IMG/VR virus record: IMGVR_UViG_3300034101_006325
Coordinates: 1 to 64,000 of that record
Reading direction: 5' to 3' (one strand)
Length of the DNA stretch: 64,000 nt
From: a virus
Lineage: Duplodnaviria; Caudoviricetes
A program made the translations under genes and the position numbers. The notes below the pieces were generated by a model. That model saw only the letters and a program-made list of their open reading frames with translations. It ran no database searches and was not told the DNA's origin. Shown in pieces: positions 1 to 8,132 of the stretch (positions within the stretch are counted from its first letter, which is position 1; each line of letters starts with the position of its first letter).

Positions 1-128
1 GAACCACGGTGCTTGGGGATGAAATCGATTACGATTCCGAACCAATCACCACAAACGTTATCGAATAGTTGGTGTTGATATTCACCGGGAGAGGTGGGTT
101 TGTTTCGAATCAAAGAACCGATTTTCAT
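1..128 (-). CDS. small SH3/KOW-like hypothetical protein, truncated at window edge
   Basis: Manual translation MKIGSLIRNKPTSPGEYQHQLFDNVCGDWFGIVIDF...; ATG overlaps the TGA of the upstream gene (ATGA). Confidence 0.6.
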   Translation of the reverse strand, partial: MKIGSLIRNKPTSPGEYQHQLFDNVCGDWFGIVIDFIPKHRG

Positions 129-361
129 TTGAGAACCTCGAGAATTTCTTCTATCTCATCTTCCAAGATGAGTGCCTTCATCACCAGGTTATCGGGTGTT
201 ACGAGGGCCTCGATGGTGGTGTAGTGGGTTGTGGAGTAGGACGGTGGAGTTATTTTGAGAACCAACGCGATCCAATCGAAGTCCAGGGTGGAGTTTTCCC
301 TGAAGATTGATACACCGGTTGTTTGGTATCGATTCCTGCGAAAGAGATCACCGATTTTCAC
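125..361 (-). CDS. small SH3/KOW-like hypothetical protein
   Basis: 78 aa, MKIGDLF start, ATGA coupling on both sides. Confidence 0.7.
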   Translation of the reverse strand: MKIGDLFRRNRYQTTGVSIFRENSTLDFDWIALVLKITPPSYSTTHYTTIEALVTPDNLVMKALILEDEIEEILEVLK

Positions 362-597
362 AGTTCCTCCATGGGAATAACCCGAAAATCATGGGTGTGA
401 TACCCGAATCGAACCAATCCATCGTTCCCCACGAAGATCCCATGGAAACTCATGCCTGGAATTTCACCTAAGAATAGAATGGGATATCCAACCGGAAGTG
501 GATCAGATACCATCCTGTGTTTTGGAGAAAAAACCACAAGAAATCCTGAGGTTATTCCAACAGGGAAATTAACCGGATTATCCAGATGGGCATCCAA
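358..597 (-). CDS. hypothetical protein (start uncertain)
   Basis: ORF open to 852 but overlaps the next gene; TTG at 597 gives 79 aa with FPVG motif. Confidence 0.5.
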   Translation of the reverse strand: MDAHLDNPVNFPVGITSGFLVVFSPKHRMVSDPLPVGYPILFLGEIPGMSFHGIFVGNDGLVRFGYHTHDFRVIPMEEL

Positions 598-610
598 GGG
601 TATCCATGTA

Positions 611-898
611 TCAATTTTTTCCTGTGGGTAGATTGCCATTCTGTGCCTCATGGAGGATTTGTTCCACGGGTTTTTCCGGTTCACCACGTAGATCTCGTTG
701 GGAATCCCTCCATGGTAAACTTCCCTTTTCCCACCTGCGAATCTGTTCCGGTGATTCGAGGAGTTTGATTGAGAATACCTCGGATCCTCGGTTATCAACC
801 TCTTCGATGAGGTGATTGAAACCGATGTGTTCTGCCTCCTTTTCACTTTCACAATCCACCAGGAGTTCGGTGAGGAATGAGATTCGATAGATGGCCAT
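611..898 (-). CDS. hypothetical protein
   Basis: Likely start MAIYRISF at 898, directly below a promoter-like ATGAAA-N18-TAGTAT. Confidence 0.6.
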   Translation of the reverse strand: MAIYRISFLTELLVDCESEKEAEHIGFNHLIEEVDNRGSEVFSIKLLESPEQIRRWEKGSLPWRDSQRDLRGEPEKPVEQILHEAQNGNLPTGKN

Positions 899-932
899 GG
901 TGTTGTATACTAATCCATTTTTGCTGGTGTTT

Positions 933-1142
933 TCATCGAACAATTTCGAGGTATTCGTTGGGAATCCAACCTTTTGAGGTGGGAAATACAACCTGGGAAC
1001 GGTAGATGTGTTGTTCGATAATGATTCCGAGTGAACCGTAGGGGATTACCAGAGATGATTCAACACGATTGTTGAAGAGTTCCGTGTAGGGTAGGGCACC
1101 ACCGGTGTGGCAAACCCTGATCAAGGTTCCTACTGGATACAT
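933..1142 (-). CDS. small SH3/KOW-like hypothetical protein
   Basis: 69 aa, MYPVGTLIRV...GIIIE...WIP pattern. Confidence 0.7.
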   Translation of the reverse strand: MYPVGTLIRVCHTGGALPYTELFNNRVESSLVIPYGSLGIIIEQHIYRSQVVFPTSKGWIPNEYLEIVR

Positions 1143-1330
1143 GGGTGGATTTCCTGGAGATCCTTGGAATCGAAGGTGTGAACCATGGAGGTTGTTGGAA
1201 CGAGACAGTGGCAGAAGTACATGGTGTACTTGAATTCAACATCGATGATGAGTAGAGGTTGATCGTAGTAAGGTGAGGTGCGGTACTTCGTGAGCCTCAC
1301 CACGGAACCAGGATTGAATGGGAGGCTCAC
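1130..1330 (-). CDS. small SH3/KOW-like hypothetical protein
   Basis: 66 aa, FNPGSVVRL motif, overlaps neighbours. Confidence 0.65.
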   Translation of the reverse strand: MSLPFNPGSVVRLTKYRTSPYYDQPLLIIDVEFKYTMYFCHCLVPTTSMVHTFDSKDLQEIHPCIQ

Positions 1331-1542
1331 TGTTGAACCTCCTTCATGCCAACCGTGCAGATATAACCCACCCGCTGATCGGAGAGAAGCACCTTGGCCC
1401 AGTTATCTCGGTATGGAATCTCAGCTTGGAGGACCAACATAGGTTGATTCTCCAATACGCGGAACGAATCTCCATAGCGAAGATCCGGGTAGAAATTCAC
1501 GTATGAACGAGGAGGAACTACGATGAGAGATCCTGGTTTCAT
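1327..1542 (-). CDS. small SH3-like hypothetical protein
   Basis: 71 aa, MKPGSLIV...WAKVLLSDQRVGYI. Confidence 0.7.
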   Translation of the reverse strand: MKPGSLIVVPPRSYVNFYPDLRYGDSFRVLENQPMLVLQAEIPYRDNWAKVLLSDQRVGYICTVGMKEVQQ

Positions 1543-1790
1543 AGGGAACTCCTGTGTTGTGATGCCGGTTTAAGGAAACGAGCCACACACCAACCGGAAT
1601 GGCCGGTGGAGGAGAGGACCTTGGCATAGGTGACAGTGTGCCAGGACTCGAAGGCGTTGGGAACCTCGGTGATTTCCACGATGATTCCGATGTGACCTCG
1701 GGTGAATGTCACGTTGAAGTCGTAGAGGGAGAGATCGGTGCAGAGATCCACTCCGTCCGCAACCACCATGCTTCCAACTCGAAGTTCCAT
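1539..1790 (-). CDS. small SH3-like hypothetical protein
   Basis: 83 aa, LRVGSMV...GIIVE...AKVLSSTGHSGWC. Confidence 0.7.
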   Translation of the reverse strand: MELRVGSMVVADGVDLCTDLSLYDFNVTFTRGHIGIIVEITEVPNAFESWHTVTYAKVLSSTGHSGWCVARFLKPASQHRSSL

Positions 1791-1796
1791 GGTATT

Positions 1797-1826
1797 AGTA
1801 TATCATGGGGAGGCGGGAGATTTCAC
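1797..1826 (-). promoter_or_regulatory. sigma70-like promoter, probably leaderless transcript
   Basis: GTGAAA-N18-TATACT with extended -10 TG; 6 nt to the ATG at 1790. Confidence 0.6.
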
Positions 1827-1830
1827 GGGA

Positions 1831-1864
1831 TGAAAAACGACCGGGAGTTTTTAGTTCCCGGTCG
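1831..1864 (-). terminator. intrinsic terminator
   Basis: 9-bp stem CGACCGGGA/TCCCGGTCG followed by a T-run on the minus strand, downstream of the 1932-2432 gene. Confidence 0.65.
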
Positions 1865-1931
1865 AAGCTGAACGCAACAGTTCAGACATAATAAATAAAA
1901 TCTATAGTGAATTTCTTCAAAAAAAAGAGTG

Positions 1932-2432
1932 TTATACGCTTAGGTTCCAATACACCTTGATATAAGGAGCAGGACTTGTTGGCATAATTTGTCCATTATC
2001 TTCCCAGTAAGCATACCATTCAAAGAACATTGATTCATCACCTATCCAAATTTCATGTGCCTGGTTGGGTCCTGAAGCATAAATGCTTGCGGGACTGAGT
2101 TCTCTGTTGACGTTAAAACTATCACTGTCCATAAAGCTATTATCGACGGGTCTCCATATGATGTAGTACCAGGTTCCACCGCTTGGTGTAATTGATCCGT
2201 AAGGATATGTCGTGGTGTTTTGATTTATCGTCATACCGTCGAACATCGAATGTGATAAAGTTGTGCCACCTGCGTTTGTGATAGTGGATTCGTAATACGT
2301 CATGGTATAACCGCCAGGAAGAACTGTAGGCTCTCCACCACCACCGCCACCTCCTGATGAAGTGATGCTTATACCACCACCTGTTCCACTAAATTTGATG
2401 GATCCTCCGGATCCGCTTGTTCTTATGGCCAT
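1932..2432 (-). CDS. Gly/Ser-rich N-terminus hypothetical protein, possibly virion-associated
   Basis: MAIRTSGSGGSIKF...GGGGGGG linker then an aromatic beta-rich domain; ORF open to 2468. Confidence 0.65.
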   Translation of the reverse strand: MAIRTSGSGGSIKFSGTGGGISITSSGGGGGGGEPTVLPGGYTMTYYESTITNAGGTTLSHSMFDGMTINQNTTTYPYGSITPSGGTWYYIIWRPVDNSFMDSDSFNVNRELSPASIYASGPNQAHEIWIGDESMFFEWYAYWEDNGQIMPTSPAPYIKVYWNLSV

Positions 2433-2503
2433 AAAAATCTCCGGACTGAACAACCTAAATTTGTTCAATCAAATATAAATATCAACAAAATTCAATGTTG
2501 AAT

Positions 2504-2704
2504 TCAATTTGATTCGACTCGATCCATGTAATCCTCGTAGAACTGGCGTGTTTTTCCGTCGGGGGTGAGAACCTCTGCGATGTTATCGAGCAATCGATCT
2601 GAGAAGAATGTTCGAAGAACCACGTAGACCTGAGGTTCATCTGAGAACTTTACGAGTTCACCTGGGAGGAGGGGTTCCCTCGGTGTAGGGGGTGATCGTT
2701 TCAT
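2504..2704 (-). CDS. small SH3/KOW-like hypothetical protein
   Basis: 66 aa, LLPGELVKF...VLTPDGKTR. Confidence 0.7.
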   Translation of the reverse strand: MKRSPPTPREPLLPGELVKFSDEPQVYVVLRTFFSDRLLDNIAEVLTPDGKTRQFYEDYMDRVESN

Positions 2705-2889
2705 TTCACAACATCCATGTAGTTCTCAGTTTCTTCCACGATTAGGCCGTCCTGACAGAGAACGAACCACCATCGGTGGTGTTGATCACCCCACCAGTTG
2801 GTTCGAGGAGACTCGTAGAGGATTATTCCGGTAAGGGGAGTTCCTTTCCGTCCCTCTTGCCTCCCGATCACAAAGTCACCCGGTTTCAT
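2701..2889 (-). CDS. small SH3/KOW-like hypothetical protein
   Basis: 62 aa, MKPGDFV...GIILY...VLCQDG. Confidence 0.7.
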   Translation of the reverse strand: MKPGDFVIGRQEGRKGTPLTGIILYESPRTNWWGDQHHRWWFVLCQDGLIVEETENYMDVVK

Positions 2890-3085
2890 CGATTCTGCTT
2901 AAGTATTGAGGTGAGAGCTGGACTGGTAGTTCACGAATAAAACCGGTGTTGCACACGAGAGTTATCATCATACCTTCAACCTGGGCAACAATCGCGATGG
3001 AACCCCACTGGTGGCCATCTTTCCAGAACTTCGGAATCTTTTCACTGATCCTCACCAGATCACCAGGTTTCATCTCTTTGATCAT
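2876..3085 (-). CDS. small SH3/KOW-like hypothetical protein
   Basis: 69 aa, MKPGDLVRI motif. Confidence 0.7.
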   Translation of the reverse strand: MIKEMKPGDLVRISEKIPKFWKDGHQWGSIAIVAQVEGMMITLVCNTGFIRELPVQLSPQYLSRIDETG

Positions 3086-3115
3086 AAAATAACATTCACA
3101 AGTTGTTTATTTCAC
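3086..3115 (-). promoter_or_regulatory. sigma70-like promoter
   Basis: GTGAAA-N18-TATTTT with extended -10 TG; same -35 as the promoter at 1821-1826. Confidence 0.5.
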
Positions 3116-3156
3116 TTTTTCGGGAACTTATTGTTTCTCCGGTTTTCTAATGCATC

Positions 3157-4446
3157 ATGGCAAAAGAAGAAACTCTCAGTTTTGTTGGCAGTACAAGATC
3201 CGTTGAGTTGAGGTTGGAATGGGGTAACTCAACCTTGAAGATTGTTGATCTAGATCCTCCCAGGAACTTCACTGCTGGAAACACAATACATTGCGATCAT
3301 CAACTTCCCATCAAACCGGTGGAAATCATTCGTGTTGAAGGTGATGATGTTTTTTTATGTGGAGAAAAGTTGGAGTTTGATGTTGAGAAAACCATCGAAC
3401 ATGGTGGTGTTACGTTCCGTGCTCGGCTGGGGGATAGAGGTGAGAAGGTTGTTGGTGGGTTTACGTTGGGAGATGGTGGGTGGTTCAATGGATTATCAGC
3501 AGTGATTCATGCCGCATTCCTGGGTGCAATCTTCTACTACAATCCTCTGCTCAACCCCACGGAGGATGGATCGATAACCGAGGAACAGAGGATTGTTTTA
3601 TCTCAGTATCTCTCCACCGCGGCCGAGAGGGAAGAGAAGAGGATGGAATCCGAGGTGGAGAATGTTGTGAGTGGTGGTGAGGTTGGTGGAAGATCCAAAG
3701 GAAGTGAAGGAAATATGGGGAGTAGTTCCGCTAAACCTTCAAACTCACGTTACTCGGTTGCAGGACCGAAGGATAATCAGGATCCACATGTTTCTAGGCA
3801 GGTTGCACTGAAGGATGCTGAGAACTTTGGGATGGTTGGATTGTTGAGTTCCACCGGAGGAGATACGGATTCTCCAACCTCTCCATGGGGTAGGGATGAT
3901 TCTCTTGGGAATGATGCGGTGAGTTTCAATGGTTCACTTTGGGGGGATCAACCTGGGGATAACTTTGGTTCCAATGGATTGGGACTTTCTGGTATAGGTG
4001 AAGGAAGCGGTGGGCCTGGTGAGGGGATAGGTGTTGGGCCCAACCTGGGTGGGCTAGGAAACAACATTCATCATGGGTTTGGACCGCCAGGAGTGTTATC
4101 GAAGAAGTACGTGCATAAGGATATAAAGATGAGACCGAGTTCGACCAGCGTATCAGGAAGAATTCCGCCTGAGGTAATACAGAGGATTATTCGCCAGAAT
4201 TACGGGAGGTTCAGAGCATGTTACGAAACAGGCTTGAGGAGCAACCCGTCGTTGAGCGGAAGGGTTGCAGTGAGGTTTGTTGTGGGGAGAGATGGATCTG
4301 TGTCGAGTGTTGGAAATGGAGGATCGGATCTTCCTGATGGTGGGGTTGTGAATTGTGTAGTGAATTCCTTCAGGGGTTTATCCTTTCCTGCGCCGGATGA
4401 TGGAATCGTAACGGTAGGTTATTCGATACAGTTCTCTCCGGGATGA
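3157..4446 (+). CDS. AgmX/PglI C-terminal (TonB-C-like) domain membrane protein, myxobacterial GltG/AgmX-like
   Basis: One TM segment, Gly-rich linker, C-terminal PPEVIQRIIRQNYGRFRACYETGLRSNPSLSGRVAVRFVVGRDG...FPAP...VGYSIQFSPG. Confidence 0.8.
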   Translation: MAKEETLSFVGSTRSVELRLEWGNSTLKIVDLDPPRNFTAGNTIHCDHQLPIKPVEIIRVEGDDVFLCGEKLEFDVEKTIEHGGVTFRARLGDRGEKVVGGFTLGDGGWFNGLSAVIHAAFLGAIFYYNPLLNPTEDGSITEEQRIVLSQYLSTAAEREEKRMESEVENVVSGGEVGGRSKGSEGNMGSSSAKPSNSRYSVAGPKDNQDPHVSRQVALKDAENFGMVGLLSSTGGDTDSPTSPWGRDDSLGNDAVSFNGSLWGDQPGDNFGSNGLGLSGIGEGSGGPGEGIGVGPNLGGLGNNIHHGFGPPGVLSKKYVHKDIKMRPSSTSVSGRIPPEVIQRIIRQNYGRFRACYETGLRSNPSLSGRVAVRFVVGRDGSVSSVGNGGSDLPDGGVVNCVVNSFRGLSFPAPDDGIVTVGYSIQFSPG

Positions 4447-4447
4447 G

Positions 4448-4681
4448 TCACAGTGCGCGGAGGAATCTCTCCTGCATCCAGCCCGATTTCCCCATGGACG
4501 TGATCACATAGACATATCGATGACGTTCATGGGGACATGTTCCATGTCTAATTGTTAAAACAATCTCGTTTGGAACGACTTTCCCGCAGACCATCCCGTC
4601 AGGCCTTTGCCAGAGGCAAATAAATCTTGGAGAGTCTGGGTGATCAGGAGGATTGATCGTCGTAAGAACACCTAACTTCAT
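4448..4681 (-). CDS. small SH3-like hypothetical protein
   Basis: 77 aa ending YVITSMGKSGWM. Confidence 0.6.
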   Translation of the reverse strand: MKLGVLTTINPPDHPDSPRFICLWQRPDGMVCGKVVPNEIVLTIRHGTCPHERHRYVYVITSMGKSGWMQERFLRAL

Positions 4682-4872
4682 ATCAATTTTTTTATATGAC
4701 GCTTAAAGTAAGTACGAATTGTTCCGTTTGGAAATAATACATCACAAGTTGGTTTGCCTAATTTAACTGTCTTGCCCATGCCAACTACAAGTAGAACGGG
4801 CGAAACTTCTTGTTTTAGCCAAGAAGAATGTATGTTAAGTGTGACTATGTCACCTACATGCAAAGAACTCAT
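4678..4872 (-). CDS. small SH3/KOW-like hypothetical protein
   Basis: 64 aa, LHVGDIV...VLFPNG. Confidence 0.7.
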   Translation of the reverse strand: MSSLHVGDIVTLNIHSSWLKQEVSPVLLVVGMGKTVKLGKPTCDVLFPNGTIRTYFKRHIKKLI

Positions 4873-4876
4873 GTCT

Positions 4877-5089
4877 TTATCGATTGTGGACTATTATCTT
4901 GTCCTCGTCAACTCCTGCCCAAACATCATACCAGAACCTCTTGTCGTTTTCCTCAAGAAGTTCAAAAGAATATAGTATCGAATGTTTGCCATGAAGTTCC
5001 GTTGTATCCTTTACGCCTACGACTAAACCGTGAAACGTTAGGTTAGTCGCCCATTCGTAGGTGATGAGATCTCCAATTTGAACCTTCAT
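4877..5089 (-). CDS. small SH3/KOW-like hypothetical protein
   Basis: 70 aa, VQIGDLI...GLVVG. Confidence 0.7.
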   Translation of the reverse strand: MKVQIGDLITYEWATNLTFHGLVVGVKDTTELHGKHSILYSFELLEENDKRFWYDVWAGVDEDKIIVHNR

Positions 5090-5391
5090 AACTTCTCATA
5101 AGAAACCATGGAAAACTTGCTCATGGTGTGGATGCCAGTAGGGGTGAGAATCTGGACGAAAGTCTCATACTTTCCCGGAATGACCATTGCGGGAAAGATC
5201 TCAGAATCGCCAACAAACCGCATGAGATCCTCAAGGTAGTAGTTTCCACCCTTGCAGGCGTTCCGTGCTGACGAGCTTGGGTACATCAAGGAACCCATGG
5301 GAATATCTGCAATGTAAGCATCGATGAGGTGCTTCACAAATTCAATATAACATTGTTTCTGATGAATTACACTGTATAAAAATAGATTCAA
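5086..5391 (-). CDS. hypothetical protein, SH3-like C-terminal part
   Basis: 101 aa ORF, IPMGSLM...QILTPTG; start uncertain. Confidence 0.55.
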   Translation of the reverse strand: MNLFLYSVIHQKQCYIEFVKHLIDAYIADIPMGSLMYPSSSARNACKGGNYYLEDLMRFVGDSEIFPAMVIPGKYETFVQILTPTGIHTMSKFSMVSYEKL

Positions 5392-5399
5392 ACTATAGA

Positions 5400-5813
5400 T
5401 TACTTCATGTTGAAAAGAGCTAACCCTGAAAGAGTTAGAAGAGAAGCAACAAAATGTTTAAGTTCAAATTCTTCATCCAAGAACATAATTGAAAGCAAGA
5501 CAGTGACAACAGGCGCTGCAGAAACCATTACAGACAGTGCGCCTGTCGAATTAGAAGATTTTAGAAGAAGGCCAAACGTAACTGCGCCACAAATGTGCAA
5601 GCCAGTAGTAATTACAGCAAAAATGGAACCTTGCAAATCTAAAGAAGAATTTTTAGGTGCTAAATTATACCACACAGGAACCAGCGCAAGATAGATGGAC
5701 GCTGCAATGATCTGCATGTAATAAGGATGTAATTTATCAACAGCCAGTTTTCTAAAGAAAGCTGACAAGCCAAATGATAAGATCGTTGCTGCAATCAGAA
5801 CACGATTCATCAA
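5400..5813 (-). CDS. EamA/DMT-family small membrane transporter
   Basis: 137 aa, 4-5 hydrophobic helices, SAAPVVTVLLSIMFLDEEF signature. Confidence 0.8.
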   Translation of the reverse strand: MMNRVLIAATILSFGLSAFFRKLAVDKLHPYYMQIIAASIYLALVPVWYNLAPKNSSLDLQGSIFAVITTGLHICGAVTFGLLLKSSNSTGALSVMVSAAPVVTVLLSIMFLDEEFELKHFVASLLTLSGLALFNMK

Positions 5814-5869
5814 ATTATAGTAACATTTTTTAAAGAATAATAAAAGATTTTTACAAGTTTATTTAAAAC

Positions 5870-6478
5870 ATGGACAAAAAAAGAAAGAAAAAAAGTCTCA
5901 AATTAAAAGCAGAATATCTAAAGCTTGAGCTAGAAGAAAAAATCGAAGAAACGGCAAAATATGAAAAAGAATTTATGGATGAAATTTTGAAATTAGAGCT
6001 AGAAGATCTACAAGAAGAGACTCCGTCTAATAAACAAAAGACGAACTCTGCGACTGTTGACGTCTTGGACGAAAGCTCTGCGGAATCAGAGAAAGAATTA
6101 GAAGAACAAGACAAAGTCGAAGAGAAGCCGGAGGAGATTAAAAAACTGTGGAAACAAATAGCACTATTGACACATCCAGATAGATCAGGCAATGATCCAG
6201 AAAAAGTTGACAAATACAAACGAGCAGCTGCTGCTTGGGACGATAAAAACTATGCTGAAATTATTTCAATAGCAGAAGAATTAGGAATTGATTTACCCGA
6301 GGACACTATTGTTGATCTACACATTCTAGAAAATTTTATTAATGACCTTCAGGGAAAGATAAAAGAAAACGAGAGCTCAATTCTGAGAGCATGGGCAACT
6401 GCGCCTCAGAACAAAAAAGAAAAAATACTGGATCTATATTTAAAGTCAAAGGGTAAAAAAAGAAAAACTGCCGACTGA
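5870..6478 (+). CDS. J-domain protein
   Basis: KKLWKQIALLTHPDR: HPD motif of a DnaJ domain in a charged helical protein. Confidence 0.75.
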   Translation: MDKKRKKKSLKLKAEYLKLELEEKIEETAKYEKEFMDEILKLELEDLQEETPSNKQKTNSATVDVLDESSAESEKELEEQDKVEEKPEEIKKLWKQIALLTHPDRSGNDPEKVDKYKRAAAAWDDKNYAEIISIAEELGIDLPEDTIVDLHILENFINDLQGKIKENESSILRAWATAPQNKKEKILDLYLKSKGKKRKTAD

Positions 6479-6479
6479 C

Positions 6480-6860
6480 TCAAATTGATGCTGGTGCTCT
6501 GCCATGATCATCTTCTACACGAACTACATCTGCGAGCTCCGAAGTAGAGACTTCTAGAACCTGCACATCATCAACTGCTGACATTCTATGCAGCATGCCG
6601 GGAGCAATGTGCCACGTTTGACCTTCTTTGAGAACATGAGTTTTAAGATTTGTTTTGCTGGTGCCGTATTCCAGAGTTAATTCTCCCTTTAGAACCATAA
6701 TCGTTTCATCTTTTATTTTATGATATTGCAGAGATAGTCTTTTTCCCGCAGAAATATGCAATATCTTTCCAAGATATTTTGGTTGCTCGGCCCAGATTAC
6801 TTCGTGTCCCCAAGGCTTGTTGACTTTTCTCATATAAATGTGACGGTTAATTATTGCCAA
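6480..6860 (-). CDS. cupin, mannose-6-phosphate isomerase type II-like
   Basis: KPWGHE...RLSLQYH..KDE...PGMLHR cupin motifs. Confidence 0.85.
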   Translation of the reverse strand: MAIINRHIYMRKVNKPWGHEVIWAEQPKYLGKILHISAGKRLSLQYHKIKDETIMVLKGELTLEYGTSKTNLKTHVLKEGQTWHIAPGMLHRMSAVDDVQVLEVSTSELADVVRVEDDHGRAPASI

Positions 6861-7169
6861 TTAAACAATTTTTTTCAAAAGAATTGATCTTGTCCAACCA
6901 AATTCACCAGAAGCTGCTAAAACGAAAGCATTATCAAATTTTTCTATAGAAACAACAATCATGGGAACCGTTTGTTTGATTACAAATTGAACATCAAAAG
7001 CTTTTGGCTCGTAGTCGGGCTCCGCCCACAAAAAATATCCTTCTTTTAATTTTGTTCTATCGAAACAAAATACCACTAAATCTCCGACTTTGATCGGGTC
7101 GTGGTCCATACAAATAATTATATATTCATAGACGAATATAAGAAAAATGAAATACAGGACCAAACCCAA
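6861..7169 (-). CDS. SH3-like hypothetical protein
   Basis: IKVGDLVVF motif; true start probably MDHDP. Confidence 0.55.
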   Translation of the reverse strand: MGLVLYFIFLIFVYEYIIICMDHDPIKVGDLVVFCFDRTKLKEGYFLWAEPDYEPKAFDVQFVIKQTVPMIVVSIEKFDNAFVLAASGEFGWTRSILLKKIV

Positions 7170-7326
7170 ATTCTGTTACATTAGAATTTTTCCAATAATC
7201 GTTAATTCCAAAATGCCATAAATCTGGCAGTGGCAATAATTTAGCATTAAAAATAAATTTTTTAGTTTTTATATGACAAGAAATTAATCCTTCATCTTTC
7301 CACAAGAAGTCAATTTCACAGGTCAT
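7126..7326 (-). CDS. hypothetical protein
   Basis: 66 aa ORF tiling the minus-strand run. Confidence 0.5.
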   Translation of the reverse strand: MTCEIDFLWKDEGLISCHIKTKKFIFNAKLLPLPDLWHFGINDYWKNSNVTEFGFGPVFHFSYIRL

Positions 7327-7517
7327 GTAATTAATTTTTCAATTTTAAGTCTAAGCTCTTTTAATTTTTCAATTTCTTTGTAGTTTCCGTGCTCTAGCTC
7401 CAAGGAAATTGCGGATCCAATACAGGGATAAACCTGCTTTAACAAAAAAATAGGATCGCTTTTATCGTTCTCGTCTTTCATTGATGTGTCTCCAGGTATA
7501 TCAATCTTCAGACGCAC
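7323..7517 (-). CDS. hypothetical protein
   Basis: 64 aa ORF, coupled to neighbours. Confidence 0.5.
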   Translation of the reverse strand: MRLKIDIPGDTSMKDENDKSDPIFLLKQVYPCIGSAISLELEHGNYKEIEKLKELRLKIEKLIT

Positions 7518-7887
7518 ACATATTTGTGCATTGACCTACACAAACGACGCACGCGCAAGTTTTAAAAGCAGAACATTCATTATGTAAATCTTCGTGTGAT
7601 GAATCGCAATCATCAAAGCAGCTTTTATCCATGGAAAGTGCAATGCAATCTTCAGTGCATGATAACCACTCGTTGCACAAAGGATCATCAACACAAGTAT
7701 TTGTTTCTAGCTCGCAATAGTCAGAAGTAGAACTCAAACAATCTTCGCACTCAACCGCTGAGACACTATCTAATTTGTGCATTGCAACTGCAACGCGTGA
7801 TTCATTTTGCTCTAAGCTATAAAGCTGATATCCTGCTGTAAGAGTTAAAGATGAAAATATGAACATAATGATCTTCTTGTCAGACAT
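7501..7887 (-). CDS. secreted/membrane-anchored Cys-rich protein
   Basis: N-terminal hydrophobic segment, then a dense Cys pattern (CEDC, CTEDC, CFDDC, CACVVCVGQC). Confidence 0.7.
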   Translation of the reverse strand: MSDKKIIMFIFSSLTLTAGYQLYSLEQNESRVAVAMHKLDSVSAVECEDCLSSTSDYCELETNTCVDDPLCNEWLSCTEDCIALSMDKSCFDDCDSSHEDLHNECSAFKTCACVVCVGQCTNMCASED

Positions 7888-7923
7888 ATGCGTATGTTAT
7901 CCTAATTTTAATTTTTTGTTCAT

Positions 7924-8115
7924 TCACCAAATTTCTCGCTGATCTTTTCTAGAAAGATTAGGAGGTGTACTCCACAAAATCATTACGTCGTCTTTGGATA
8001 AAAATTGCACTATCATTCCTGTAGAATTTTCATCTTTTTGAGATTTTACTAGAGCACCGACAACAGGTTCATTGTCAACAAGAATTATATCTTTAATGTT
8101 AGACATTAATTTCAT
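7924..8115 (-). CDS. hypothetical protein
   Basis: 63 aa, VGALV...GMIV SH3-like pattern. Confidence 0.55.
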   Translation of the reverse strand: MKLMSNIKDIILVDNEPVVGALVKSQKDENSTGMIVQFLSKDDVMILWSTPPNLSRKDQREIW

Positions 8116-8132
8116 AGCCTTGTATATATTAT

